Program-made: the position numbers and the translations under genes | Part shown: positions 55,361 through 64,000 of the stretch, piece after piece | Numbering within the stretch: the first letter of the stretch is position 1 | How the letters are laid out: every line of letters starts with the position of its first letter | The notes under the pieces: model-generated | What the model saw: the letters and a program-made list of their open reading frames with translations, nothing else | Database searches by the model: none | What the model was told of the DNA's origin: nothing | Origin: a virus | Length of the DNA stretch: 64,000 nucleotides | IMG/VR virus record: IMGVR_UViG_3300044691_000591 | Coordinates: 20,850 to 84,849 of that record | Strand: one strand, 5' to 3'

Positions 55361-55694
55361 GGTCGGCCTCCGGGATCTCGCGTGGTGCGGCGGCCATGGA
55401 CGCTGCGACGATCCGCGCCCCGTACTCCGCCGCCAACTCCTCGCGCTCGGCCAGTACGGCACGGAGCCGGTCGACCTCGGCGAGCAGGACAGCCTCGTTG
55501 GTGTCGACCACACGGCGCGCCACCGAGCAGGAGCCGCAGTGGTCACGGCCGGACAGGCTGCCCGTCACCCAGAGGTGGCTCTTGTCGGCCTCGTCGGGAT
55601 GAGCAGCGGGACAGATCACCTCGGCGGCCACACGGGCGCGGATCGCGGCGAGCTGCTCATCGGACAGCGGAGCGGTGGGCTCACTCGTCGTCAT
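55353..55694 (-). CDS. hypothetical (Ead/Ea22-like) protein
   Basis: PLSDEQLAAIRAR...LLAEVDRLRA. Confidence 0.6.
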   Translation of the reverse strand: MTTSEPTAPLSDEQLAAIRARVAAEVICPAAHPDEADKSHLWVTGSLSGRDHCGSCSVARRVVDTNEAVLLAEVDRLRAVLAEREELAAEYGARIVAASMAAAPREIPEADHA

Positions 55695-55884
55695 CGTCGT
55701 CCTCCTCGATGGTGGCGTCGTAGAACATGACCAGGTCCGGGCCGTCCTGCCGCATCGTGGCCTCGGACGCCGGAACGCCGTGGACCTTGAGCGCGGCAGT
55801 GACGAGGGCCTCCATGGGCGCGAGTGAGTCGACCGGTACGGGCAGCGGGGTGCGGAACTCGATACGCACCGAGCGGGCGGTCAT
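55681..55884 (-). CDS. hypothetical protein
   Basis: MTARSVRIEF...; ATGA-coupled. Confidence 0.55.
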   Translation of the reverse strand: MTARSVRIEFRTPLPVPVDSLAPMEALVTAALKVHGVPASEATMRQDGPDLVMFYDATIEEDDDDDE

Positions 55885-56258
55885 CGGCCAACCTCCGTCA
55901 TCGTGTGCTTCTCCCAGGCCCGGGCGACGTCTTCCAGCGTGGCCTCGGTCGTCGCGCCCGCCGCCGGGCTCAGCAGCGCCTTGCCGCACTGGCAGTGCGG
56001 CCGGATTTCTGGGGGCGACGTCGGCGGGCAGTGCGCCAGCCACTGCGCGATAACGCGCAGCCAGGGCCGGTCCGGGCGCAGGGCGGTAGCCAGGCGCTGC
56101 CCGCACTGGCAGGTGAAGTAGAACTCGCAGTCCCCGTACTCGATCAGCAGGGCGTGTCCGGGGGCGTGCTCCAGAATCAGGGCGTGGCCCCCCACCTCGG
56201 TCTCGCGCATGTCGGGGTCCGGCGGGTCAGCGGGCAGAGGCAGATACAGGACGGTCAT
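55881..56258 (-). CDS. hypothetical protein with two CxCG motifs
   Basis: CQCG...W..H occurs twice; RBS AAGGAG. Confidence 0.6.
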   Translation of the reverse strand: MTVLYLPLPADPPDPDMRETEVGGHALILEHAPGHALLIEYGDCEFYFTCQCGQRLATALRPDRPWLRVIAQWLAHCPPTSPPEIRPHCQCGKALLSPAAGATTEATLEDVARAWEKHTMTEVGR

Positions 56259-56314
56259 GCTTCTCCTTCGTGGGCCCGGGGCGGCGACCCCGGGCGGGCT
56301 AGACGGTGGGCAGG

Positions 56315-56578
56315 TCAGGACAGGGCGGCTTGCTTCCGAAGGTCGTCGGCGACCTCGCAGTGACAGGTGATCCAGCCGGTAGCCGCGTCCGGGTTGTGGG
56401 TGAAGCAGGCGGCGACGATGCTGTCGGCGGCCTCGGCGAGTGCCATGGCGCTGATCTCGGCGATGGTCTCGTCGGCGTACCGCTGGGCATCGGCGTCACG
56501 GCAGCCGGTCTCGACGAACGTCTCAATCAGGCTGGCGCGGATCTTCACGCGGGCGGTCGGGGTTTCGGGCTGGGGCAT
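56315..56578 (-). CDS. hypothetical protein
   Basis: RBS GGAG. Confidence 0.55.
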   Translation of the reverse strand: MPQPETPTARVKIRASLIETFVETGCRDADAQRYADETIAEISAMALAEAADSIVAACFTHNPDAATGWITCHCEVADDLRKQAALS

Positions 56579-56592
56579 CAGGACTCCAGGGG

Positions 56593-56880
56593 TCAGGCGG
56601 GGGACAGGGCGCGGACGTGGCCGGCGCAGGTGCCGCAGAGGAACTGTCGGCTCTCCATGTCCAGCGGATTGGTCATCACGCTGGTGCCGATCGGTGCGGG
56701 CTCACCGCAGTTGTCGCACCGGTCTCCGAGCAGGGTCTGCAGGCGCCCGATCTGCTCGTAGAAGGTGGCGCGTTCCCCGGGGAGCATGTCGCCGATGATG
56801 CGGATTGCTTCGCTGGTCTGATCGTTCATGACGGCGTACAGGGCCGCGGTCTCAGGGAAGGCGGTGACGGACGGGGTCAT
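56593..56880 (-). CDS. Zn-ribbon hypothetical protein
   Basis: CDNC...CGTC. Confidence 0.6.
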   Translation of the reverse strand: MTPSVTAFPETAALYAVMNDQTSEAIRIIGDMLPGERATFYEQIGRLQTLLGDRCDNCGEPAPIGTSVMTNPLDMESRQFLCGTCAGHVRALSPA

Positions 56881-56883
56881 GGG

Positions 56884-57216
56884 TCAGCTCTCCTCGGTGG
56901 CGGTTACGCGCGGCAGGCATTCGTGCCGGGCAGCCACGGCCATGAGTTGGTCGAGCGTCGGCTCAACCACGCCGGCCTGGCAGGCGACGGCCCCGCAGTC
57001 GAGGCAGCGAATCTCGTCTGCGACAGCCGGGGGCCGGTACATGGAGACCGGCGCTCCATAGACCGCGGCGAAGCGGTCGAGCGCCTTGGCCGGCGCATTC
57101 ACGTCGGCGGCGTACTCGTTGAGGACGCGTTCGGCGTTGCCCCAGTCGCCGCCGCGCAGGTTGGTCCAGATGGCGTTGAGGGCCTGCTCGGCGAGGGTGA
57201 AGCTCTGGGCGGTCAC
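56884..57216 (-). CDS. hypothetical protein
   Basis: RBS AAAGGA. Confidence 0.6.
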   Translation of the reverse strand: MTAQSFTLAEQALNAIWTNLRGGDWGNAERVLNEYAADVNAPAKALDRFAAVYGAPVSMYRPPAVADEIRCLDCGAVACQAGVVEPTLDQLMAVAARHECLPRVTATEES

Positions 57217-57278
57217 AACGCGTTCCTTTCATTCGCCCCGCCCCGGCCGCGAGCAGCCGTGACGGGGAAGGGCGGGAG

Positions 57279-57527
57279 TCAGGCGGGGTCGGGTGTCGGG
57301 AACCAGACCGACGACGGCAGTTCGCTGCAGTGGACGATTTCGTAGAGCTGCCAGCGGCCGTCGGACCACTGCATGACCGTGGCCTTGGGCGTCCGGCTGT
57401 CCGGGCGGACGATCTCGGCGCGGAGGTAGGCGTAGGCGTTGGCTTCGCTGGTGTGCTCGGTTTCGCTGCCGTGGCCGGGCATGCCGGAGGTGATGACGCG
57501 CCACGGGCAGCGGGGTCGGCCGGTCAT
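57279..57527 (-). CDS. hypothetical protein
   Basis: ATGA-coupled. Confidence 0.55.
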   Translation of the reverse strand: MTGRPRCPWRVITSGMPGHGSETEHTSEANAYAYLRAEIVRPDSRTPKATVMQWSDGRWQLYEIVHCSELPSSVWFPTPDPA

Positions 57528-58102
57528 CGGATCCACCCGACGATGCGCAGGCGCACGCCCTGGTCGGCGAGGTCGGCGCGGGAGGTGGTGGTCTCGTTGG
57601 CGGTCACCAGCGGCAGCACGTCGTCGCCGGACGGCACGGTGGGGTAGTCGACCCAGACAGTGCCGTTGTGCTGGTCGATGTACACGGCCATGTGGGCGGG
57701 GGACGGGCGCGGCGGTTCGGCGGTGCTGGCCCGGGCGACCTCCGTTGCGGCGTGGGCCTCACGGAGTTCGGCGCCGCGCTTGAGGACGACGAGGAGCATG
57801 TCCGTGTCGAAGTCGGCTCCGTGCAGGGTCAGCAGCTCGGCGGCGTCGTCGAAGGCGTTGCGGTATCCGGCGGCACGGGCGGTCAGCACCTCGGCGCGGG
57901 CCTGCTTCAGCTCGGCGCTCAGCCGTTCGTGGTCGCGGTCGTACTGGGCGCTCTCGGACTGGTAGGACGCGAGGTCGGCTCGAAGACGGTCGACCTCCCC
58001 GATGAGGTCAGTGAACGCTTGCCCGACCTCGGCGGGAGTGAGGGTCGCGGGCTCGACGCCGCGCAGGTGGAACAGGCGTTCGGCATCCAGGGGCTTCGGC
58101 AT
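57524..58102 (-). CDS. coiled-coil hypothetical protein
   Basis: LIGEVDRLRA; RBS AAAGG. Confidence 0.65.
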   Translation of the reverse strand: MPKPLDAERLFHLRGVEPATLTPAEVGQAFTDLIGEVDRLRADLASYQSESAQYDRDHERLSAELKQARAEVLTARAAGYRNAFDDAAELLTLHGADFDTDMLLVVLKRGAELREAHAATEVARASTAEPPRPSPAHMAVYIDQHNGTVWVDYPTVPSGDDVLPLVTANETTTSRADLADQGVRLRIVGWIR

Positions 58103-58166
58103 AGCGGTCGTGCCTTTCGGTCGGCGGGTCGGTGGTCGCGGGCCGCGCGGGCGGGGCGGGCGGTGG

Positions 58167-58457
58167 TCAGGTCAGCGGCGGGTGGTAGGCGTGCCGCGGG
58201 GCAGGGATGTCGTCGTCTGCGGCCTCGATCTGCTGGCGGTCGATGACGGCGTGCGGTTCCAGGGACACCCAGTCGCAGCCGCCCTCCAGGTGCAGCGCCC
58301 CGTCGTCGTCCTGCTGCGCGTCGCTGATCCCGAACATTCCGTCGAGGATGCGGGCCTCGGTGAGGAACGCGCCCCGGGCGAGGTCGCGGTCGGCATAGAC
58401 GCCGAGGATGCTGCCGCCCTCGTGGCGTTCGCCCTTGGAGAGGATCCAGATCTGCAT
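58167..58457 (-). CDS. hypothetical protein
   Basis: IWILSKGERHEGGSILGVYA phage motif. Confidence 0.65.
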   Translation of the reverse strand: MQIWILSKGERHEGGSILGVYADRDLARGAFLTEARILDGMFGISDAQQDDDGALHLEGGCDWVSLEPHAVIDRQQIEAADDDIPAPRHAYHPPLT

Positions 58458-58471
58458 GGCGGGGCTCGCTT

Positions 58472-58660
58472 TCAGATGGTGTCGGCGGCTGGCGTGAGCC
58501 AGAACGTGACGTTGTGCGGGCAGCGGTACGGGTCGGTGGAGTAGCAGTTCGGGACGAGCGGCCTGCGTTCGGATGCGGTGACGCGGGTGCCGTTGGCGGC
58601 CATGTGGGCGACGAGACTGCGCCGGCAGTCGGCGTGATCGGCGGGCCAGGTGGAGGGCAT
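58472..58660 (-). CDS. small hypothetical protein
   Basis: MPSTWPADH... Confidence 0.5.
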   Translation of the reverse strand: MPSTWPADHADCRRSLVAHMAANGTRVTASERRPLVPNCYSTDPYRCPHNVTFWLTPAADTI

Positions 58661-58701
58661 GGCGAGCTCTCTCGGGTCAGCGGGGCGGGAAGGCAGGGCG
58701 G

Positions 58702-58992
58702 TCAGGTCAGGTAGGGCAGCGGGTTCACGTAGCCGCCGGACTCGGCCTCCAGCCAGCCGTCGAACCGGCCGCCATCGAAGTCCCGGGCCAGGAGCAGATC
58801 GGCCCATGTGTCCATGCGGCCCATGCGGGTCTCCAGCTCGTCCATCAGCCAGCCGCGCACGATCGGCAGCTCCACGGTCATGGGCTGCTCGTTGGTGGCC
58901 ATCCAGGCCTCGGCGAGCTTCGCGTCCGACAGGCGGGCGATGGAGTGGCGGGCGATGGCCTCGGACTGAACAGCGCGGGTGTTGGCGGTCAT
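58702..58992 (-). CDS. hypothetical protein
   Basis: RBS GGAG. Confidence 0.6.
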   Translation of the reverse strand: MTANTRAVQSEAIARHSIARLSDAKLAEAWMATNEQPMTVELPIVRGWLMDELETRMGRMDTWADLLLARDFDGGRFDGWLEAESGGYVNPLPYLT

Positions 58993-59005
58993 GGCGGGCT
59001 CCGTT

Positions 59006-59200
59006 TCAGGCGGCGGGGGCGTGGCGGAAGAGGTTGACGGCGGTCTGGTCGGTGAACACCTGCGCGTGCCCGTTGGTGAGTGCGGCCCACCACGTCACGG
59101 CGGCGAACGGCACCCCGGCCTTGGCGAGGAGCAGGCGCGCCCAAATCGGCATGTCGGCGGGGACGCGGGGCTCGAAGTCGAACGCGGTGATCGTCTGCAT
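59006..59200 (-). CDS. hypothetical protein
   Basis: RBS AAGGAG. Confidence 0.6.
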   Translation of the reverse strand: MQTITAFDFEPRVPADMPIWARLLLAKAGVPFAAVTWWAALTNGHAQVFTDQTAVNLFRHAPAA

Positions 59201-59216
59201 GGCGGTGACTCCTTGA

Positions 59217-59360
59217 TCAGGCGTTGGTGATCCGGTCGGCGAGTGCGCACGCGGCGCGCCCGATCCGGTAGTGGGCGGTGGCGTACTGGCGGCGGATCGT
59301 GCGCTGGACGGTGCGGCGCACGGTGCGGAACGTGCGGCGGGTGCGGTAGGCGAGGGACAC
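59217..59360 (-). CDS. small Arg-rich peptide
   Basis: RBS AAGGAG then GTG; VSLAYRTRRTFRTVRR... Confidence 0.45.
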   Translation of the reverse strand: MSLAYRTRRTFRTVRRTVQRTIRRQYATAHYRIGRAACALADRITNA

Positions 59361-59371
59361 GGCAGGCTCCT

Positions 59372-59719
59372 TCAGGCGGCGAGCATGATTGCGGCGGCGA
59401 TGTAGCTCGCCTTCCTCGGGTGGTACTCGCTGACGAGCAGCTGGATCTGCGCGGCGGTGTAGTGGTGGACGGTCCAGGTGTGCTGCTGGCGTCCGCCGCT
59501 TACGGTTCGGCGGGTACGGGCTGCGACGGGCTGAACGGCGAGGCGCTTGGCGACGCTGCGAAGTCCGGAGGCCATGCCCTGCGCGGTGGTGGAGTCGATG
59601 CCTGCGGCGATCAGGTGTGTGGTGATGGCGCGGGGGCGGCGCTTGCAGCTGGCCTTCAGACGGGTCGCGGCGGAGCGGGTGCGGATGGTGCGGCGGGCGG
59701 TGCGAGCGGCTGCGTTCAC
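59372..59719 (-). CDS. basic hypothetical protein
   Basis: First gene of a leftward operon. Confidence 0.6.
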   Translation of the reverse strand: MNAAARTARRTIRTRSAATRLKASCKRRPRAITTHLIAAGIDSTTAQGMASGLRSVAKRLAVQPVAARTRRTVSGGRQQHTWTVHHYTAAQIQLLVSEYHPRKASYIAAAIMLAA

Positions 59720-59755
59720 GGTTCCCCCGGATGTTCAGTGGCTGCTGTTCGCTGC

Positions 59756-59850
59756 CGTCTGAGTACAACAGTAGCCCTATACGTAGTACTACGCAAGCAC
59801 TACCGTAGGACTCATGTTGCGCTACCAGAGCACTGACTGTGAGATCATTC
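59756..59850. promoter_or_regulatory. divergent promoter with palindromic operator
   Basis: AT-richer gap containing the CGTAGTACTACG palindrome at 59782-59793. Confidence 0.55.
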
Positions 59851-59855
59851 CGACC

Positions 59856-60392
59856 ATGGCAACCGACCGCAGATGGACACCCGACGAAGACACCGCCGCC
59901 CTCTTCGCCACCTACAAGCAAGCCGTCGAAACCGAACGCGCCAACAAGGCCGCCGTCCGCGACATCGCCCGCGAAGCCCTCCAGAACCACGCCACCGTCA
60001 ACCAGCTCGCACGCCTCACCGGCATGACACCCGAGGTGTTCCGGCGCATGGCCCGCGACCTCGAAGTACCCATCGATCCCCGCTACCTGGAACGGGCCGA
60101 AGCTGCACGTCAACGCGCCATCGACAAGGGCGAGAAGCCGCCCGTGACGACCGAGGCCAGCGACGAACCGGAGCCCGCTACGGTCGTCGAGCAGCCCGGC
60201 TGGCTCACCGACTGGCCGGACATCGCCGCGCTGACCCTCGCCGAGGCCGCCGAGCGCGCCCAGGTGCTCGAACAGGAGCGCCCGGAATGGTTCGCTGCGA
60301 CTCGCGAGGACTGCCTCGCCGAGCCGCCTTGGGTCAATCACGCCATGCTCGCGGCCGACGCCGTTGACCCGGAGCCCCCCGCCGCCCCGTAG
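59856..60392 (+). CDS. HTH DNA-binding protein
   Basis: ATVNQLARLTGMTPEVFRRMAR; divergent from the early operon. Confidence 0.65.
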   Translation: MATDRRWTPDEDTAALFATYKQAVETERANKAAVRDIAREALQNHATVNQLARLTGMTPEVFRRMARDLEVPIDPRYLERAEAARQRAIDKGEKPPVTTEASDEPEPATVVEQPGWLTDWPDIAALTLAEAAERAQVLEQERPEWFAATREDCLAEPPWVNHAMLAADAVDPEPPAAP

Positions 60393-60472
60393 CCCCGCCT
60401 GCCTGTCCCGCCGTCGGCCGAGCCGAGCGGCGGCGGCGTGCTGCGGGCGCGCGGGGCGGCGGATGGGACCGT

Positions 60473-60931
60473 TCATCGAGCAGCCTCCACGTACAGCACG
60501 GGAATCCCGGCCCGCTCAGCCCGCCTGGCGCAGTCCCGGGTGCCCTTGCACGCCATCCCGGCGACCAGGAACGCCACGCACCAGCCCGGCTTGCGGTCGA
60601 TGAGCAGCTGGTTGCGGCGGAACCCGGCCGTTGGGCACCAGGTGCGCCGGCCCCGCGTGATCAGATGCCCAGGTGGGCACTCCGGTCCGCACTCGGGCCA
60701 GCGCGCCGGGACGCCCTCGACCAGCACGCCGACGGCCTTCGCCCACGCGTCCATCTCCGCATCCGCGCCCTCGGCCGCGCCGTGGAGCAGCTCGATGCCG
60801 TCGTAGCCGTCCTGGACCGCGTCGTGCCAGCAGCCCATCAGCGTCGCGTCGAGCAGCGCACGATCGGCGGCGGCCCACTGGTGCAGGGCGAGATGGCGGG
60901 AGCCGGTGCCGACGATCAGGAGGGCGGTCAT
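60473..60931 (-). CDS. DUF2493 / YspA-SLOG family protein
   Basis: IVGTGSR...LLHGAAEGAD...GFRRNQLLID...GTRDCARRA. Confidence 0.8.
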   Translation of the reverse strand: MTALLIVGTGSRHLALHQWAAADRALLDATLMGCWHDAVQDGYDGIELLHGAAEGADAEMDAWAKAVGVLVEGVPARWPECGPECPPGHLITRGRRTWCPTAGFRRNQLLIDRKPGWCVAFLVAGMACKGTRDCARRAERAGIPVLYVEAAR

Positions 60932-61164
60932 CGCTGCTCGCCGTCCTGCCGGTGGGCGTAGTGGTGCCGCAGGTGAACCGACGGCTCAATGTCGAAGCCG
61001 CGCTTGCGGCACTGCGCGAGCCAGCCCGACGCGGTCACCCTCGTGACGCCGTATGCGACCGCGATGGCCCGGGCCGCCGGCCAGCCAGCCTTGACGTGCG
61101 CCGCGTGCTGGCGGGCGATCTCGGCAAGGAATGCGTCGTTGAGGCGGCGCTTCGGCGTGCTCAC
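60928..61164 (-). CDS. small HTH protein
   Basis: ARAIAVAYGVTRVTASGWLAQCRKRG. Confidence 0.6.
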   Translation of the reverse strand: MSTPKRRLNDAFLAEIARQHAAHVKAGWPAARAIAVAYGVTRVTASGWLAQCRKRGFDIEPSVHLRHHYAHRQDGEQR

Positions 61165-61355
61165 CGCCTGCCGCCCTTCCGCTGCGCCCGGATGGCGCGC
61201 CTGCGGTCGGCCCGGTTCACCAGCGGCGGCCACGGCTCGTTCATGCCCTCGACTGCCGTCGACAGCTCGTCGGGGTCGTTGCCGACCACGGTCTCGACGC
61301 GGGTGGGCTGCTGCTGCCAGGTCACGCCGGGGCGCGGGGTGTGCTCGCGGGTCAC
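61161..61355 (-). CDS. hypothetical protein
   Basis: NRADRRR tail; coupled to both neighbours. Confidence 0.55.
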   Translation of the reverse strand: MTREHTPRPGVTWQQQPTRVETVVGNDPDELSTAVEGMNEPWPPLVNRADRRRAIRAQRKGGRR

Positions 61356-61918
61356 TGGGCACCCCCGGCGACGCCGACGCCCTCAGGGGCCCCTGTGGCG
61401 GCCTGGGAGGCGGACTGCGGGCTCGGGGTCGCTTTCGCGTCCGCAGCGCCCACAGGGGCCGTCCTGGCCGCCTCGCGGGCACTCCTGGCGTCCGGTCCGA
61501 GCAACCCGGCCTCGTAGCCCGTCACGATCGACTCGAACCGGCCCGAGCACCCCAACGCCCCGTACAGCTCCCGCAGCCGGCGCTTCACCGCCCGCTCCGG
61601 CAGCGACAGGCGCACGGCTACCTGCCGGTCGGTCAGCCGCTCCGAGATCAATTCCAGCAGCTCCAGCAGCACCGGCGTCATCCCGAACGGCAGTGGCGGC
61701 GGCCCCGGCCGCGTCGACGACACGGCTGCCGGCTCGGGCTTCGCCGGCGCGCCGTTGCGGGCCCGCTCGTCCAAGGCGACTTCGGCCGCCCACAGGGCCA
61801 TCAGGTTGAGCTCTTCGACGTCGTAGCGGATCCGCTGCTCGCCGCAGCCGCGCACCAGCCGGGTTTTGATCTTCTGCTTCAGGTTGCCGAGACGGGACGG
61901 CGTGATGGGCTTGGACAT
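61352..61918 (-). CDS. LuxR-type HTH transcription factor
   Basis: LTDRQVAVRLSLPERAVKRRLRELYGALGCSGR...GYEAGLL. Confidence 0.8.
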   Translation of the reverse strand: MSKPITPSRLGNLKQKIKTRLVRGCGEQRIRYDVEELNLMALWAAEVALDERARNGAPAKPEPAAVSSTRPGPPPLPFGMTPVLLELLELISERLTDRQVAVRLSLPERAVKRRLRELYGALGCSGRFESIVTGYEAGLLGPDARSAREAARTAPVGAADAKATPSPQSASQAATGAPEGVGVAGGAQ

Positions 61919-61972
61919 GGCTACTCCTCGGTTTACGGCGATCGTCGTGTTGCGGCATTCGGTGACGGCCCG

Positions 61973-62410
61973 TCAGTCCGACGGCCGACCGGACGGCAGG
62001 TCCTCCGGGTCGTTGGCGATCTCCAGCAACACAGCGGCGTGGCACGGCTCGCCGAGCGGGCAGAAGCAGGCGAGGTCCCGGCCGCCGAGATCCCGTCGGA
62101 TCTGCTCCGGGTTCCAGTCCTCGTCCTCGTAGGCGACGTGGGCCCGGAACAGCTCGACGGCGTGGGCGCGGTCGCGAACGTCGGCGACGACCTGCGTCCA
62201 GGCGGGCCAGGGCGACCAGGCGGCGTGCTCGAACGTGCCGAGTTCGCGGCTGCTGGCGACGGGGTACGGGGCGTCGTGGAACGCGGTGCGGCTGATGTAG
62301 CGGCTGCCGACCTTGAACGGGTTGCCCCACCGGCTGGTGCGGTCGACAACCACGGCCCCCTCGGGCAGGCGCCAGCCTTTGGTGCGTCGTCGTTGGATGC
62401 GTTCGGGCAT
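61973..62410 (-). CDS. DUF4326 domain protein
   Basis: RIQRRRTKGWRLPEGAVVVDRTSRWGNPF...LGGRDLACFCP...CHAAVLLEIAN. Confidence 0.9.
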   Translation of the reverse strand: MPERIQRRRTKGWRLPEGAVVVDRTSRWGNPFKVGSRYISRTAFHDAPYPVASSRELGTFEHAAWSPWPAWTQVVADVRDRAHAVELFRAHVAYEDEDWNPEQIRRDLGGRDLACFCPLGEPCHAAVLLEIANDPEDLPSGRPSD

Positions 62411-62411
62411 G

Positions 62412-62642
62412 TCAGGTCTCCTTCGGGAAGAGCGGGATGACGTTGCTCGGGGCGGCGGCCGGGGCCAGTTGGCCGACTGGTGCGGCGTCGACGCGGGAGG
62501 GGTGCGGGTCCGGGAGGGTGTGCTTTCCGGACGGGGTGGAGCAGCGGGTGCCGGGCTGTGCGGAGCAGTGGGGGCACTTGACGGTCATGGCGTTCTCGGC
62601 CTGCATCCCGGTGACGGGGCGGCGCGTCGGGCGGCCGGTCAT
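62412..62642 (-). CDS. zinc finger peptide
   Basis: VKCPHCSAQPGTRC...HPSR. Confidence 0.65.
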   Translation of the reverse strand: MTGRPTRRPVTGMQAENAMTVKCPHCSAQPGTRCSTPSGKHTLPDPHPSRVDAAPVGQLAPAAAPSNVIPLFPKET

Positions 62643-63403
62643 GGCTTCTCGCCGCGGCCGGGTGGGACGAAGGTGCTGGGTTCGGCTTCGGCCTGGGCCC
62701 GCGAGTAGGCGAGGCGGCGTTCCAACTCGTGGTCGGCGGCGGCTTGCTGCTCCGGGGTGGGGGGCGGCTTTCCGGCGGACAGCGTCAGGCGTTCGGGGTG
62801 GGACATGCGGCGGGGCTTGCCGAGCTGGCCGCGTCGGCAGGGCCGGCCGATGGCCGCATGGCAGATCGGGCACTCGACGCCGAGCGGGCCTGCCCGGCGC
62901 ACGGTGGCGATGAGATCGCCGTCCGGGTCGGGCTTCGGGATGTGCTGACCAACCCCGCCGGTGATGGCGGCGAGGGCCTTGTGCGGCTCGCCGGCGAGCA
63001 GTTCGGCTATTGCGGGCGGGGGCACCATGCCGCTGGCTACGGCACCGAGCTGGCCTCGGTAGCGAGGGATGTACTCGGGGTCGTCGTCATCGGTCGGGGG
63101 TGGCTGGTAGCCGAAGTTCTTGAGCCGCTGGGCGCGGATCTTTTTGGCGGTAGCGATGACGTCGGCGGCGGTGACGCGGTACCGGTGCTCCCGTGGCATG
63201 GCGGGCTGGTCGACGCCGTAGAACTGGGTGAGGGCCTGATCGGCGTCGGCGTAGGTGAGCCGCGCCTCGTTGAGGTCGGCGTGCCAGGCGTAGATGTCGA
63301 CGTCGCCGATGGTGCGCTGGTCGCGGGCTGCGGCGAGGCCGAGGATCATGCCGACCTCGTGGGCGCTGATGGTGTCGGGCAGGGGCTCTTCGGACTGGGT
63401 CAT
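62639..63403 (-). CDS. replication-associated protein (helicase loader/inhibitor-like N-terminus plus zinc finger)
   Basis: ILGLAAARDQRTIG..DIYAWHADL; CPICHA..GRPC...HPER; coupled to the initiator. Confidence 0.55.
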   Translation of the reverse strand: MTQSEEPLPDTISAHEVGMILGLAAARDQRTIGDVDIYAWHADLNEARLTYADADQALTQFYGVDQPAMPREHRYRVTAADVIATAKKIRAQRLKNFGYQPPPTDDDDPEYIPRYRGQLGAVASGMVPPPAIAELLAGEPHKALAAITGGVGQHIPKPDPDGDLIATVRRAGPLGVECPICHAAIGRPCRRGQLGKPRRMSHPERLTLSAGKPPPTPEQQAAADHELERRLAYSRAQAEAEPSTFVPPGRGEKP

Positions 63404-63999
63404 CGGTTCTCCTGGGCACGGCGGGCGTCCATCTGGGCCTGGACACGACGTCCGGCTTCGACGGCCTGTTGGGCGCGAAGGTCGGTGGTGGAGGGGCGCT
63501 GCTGGCCGGGCTGGAAGCGGACGACGTTGTCGCCGACAACGGCTGGCAGGAAAGTGCCGCCTGGGGCGGGCGTCTGCGCAACGGGGTCCGGCTCGTCGTC
63601 GTAGCAGCCCTTGAGCAGCCAGTTGGTGGGCAGCAGGGTGAAGCGGTATTCCTCGCCGACGCGCTCGCGGGCGTAGGCGGCGGCTGCCTTGGTGATGTGG
63701 TCCGGGTCGACCCCGGAGTCGACAGCGGCTTTCCAGGCGTCGAGGGCTTCTTGGCGCCGCTTGCGCTTGGGGTAGACGAGCCAGAACGCGCCGAACTTGC
63801 CGAGGTCGTAGGTCCCGGTTTTCGCCGCGGTGGTGTCGCGCTCGCGGCGGCCGGCCCGGGAGAGAGTGTTTTCTTCTCTACCGTTTTCGTCGTTCGTTTT
63901 CTTATTAGACGTACCAGCGTGTGGTACGTCGGAGTGATCAGCGAAAAGGGATGTTTGCCCAGGTGGGACCGAGGTGCCACCTGCTGGTACGTCGGTGCG
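63400..63999 (-). CDS. second replication initiator (lambda O/DnaD-like C-terminal domain), 5' truncated
   Basis: Own translation is open to the window edge: FWLVYPKRKRRQEALDAWKAAV...AAAYARER...LLPTNWLLKGCYDDEP; TGGTACGTCGG repeats in the linker. Confidence 0.7.
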   Translation of the reverse strand, partial: RTDVPAGGTSVPPGQTSLFADHSDVPHAGTSNKKTNDENGREENTLSRAGRRERDTTAAKTGTYDLGKFGAFWLVYPKRKRRQEALDAWKAAVDSGVDPDHITKAAAAYARERVGEEYRFTLLPTNWLLKGCYDDEPDPVAQTPAPGGTFLPAVVGDNVVRFQPGQQRPSTTDLRAQQAVEAGRRVQAQMDARRAQENR

Positions 64000-64000
64000 A

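Larger units (their letters stand above)
55..64000. mobile_element. actinomycete siphovirus prophage or phage-plasmid carrying a conjugation module
   Basis: Complete head, tail, lysis and packaging gene set plus tra/spd and replication genes; no host housekeeping genes. Confidence 0.9.

Noticed and set aside
1-64000. tRNA/rRNA genes, transposases, radical SAM enzymes
   Set aside because: None recognised by eye; tRNAscan-SE and an HMM scan would be needed to exclude them formally

Overview
High-GC actinomycete (Streptomyces/Kitasatospora-like) temperate siphophage or phage-plasmid with a mosaic, multiply inverted layout. From left to right: (1) the probable 3' end of an integrase with att-arm-like repeats; (2) a lysis cassette on the minus strand (holins, GH25 endolysin, papain-like peptidase); (3) a glycosylation operon on the plus strand (GT4, two GT2s, SAM methyltransferase, NDP-sugar epimerase); (4) tail and head genes on the minus strand (beta-helix tailspike, Dit, tape measure with NlpC/P60 and transglycosylase domains, frameshifted tail chaperones, major tail protein, capsid, scaffold); (5) an oppositely oriented MuF-terS-terL-portal operon; (6) a detached repeat-fibre module; (7) a Streptomyces-type conjugation block (TraB/FtsK translocase, SpdA/DUF2637, membrane-anchored Mrr and GIY-YIG nucleases); (8) an XRE/Cro switch with an iteron-bearing initiator and DnaB; (9) about 16 kb of small early genes; (10) a second, truncated replication initiator at the right edge. 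The most striking signal is two short ORFs whose annotated peptides are not in the supplied track. One is an orphan FxSxx-COOH (triceptide/cyclophane RiPP) precursor ending VAAFNSSI (52953-53126). The other is an FxsA-leader-like peptide lacking the core Phe (51454-51615). No radical-SAM maturase is present, which suggests phage-borne mimics or decoys of host Fxs systems. All product calls come from motif recognition by eye; no database searches were run.
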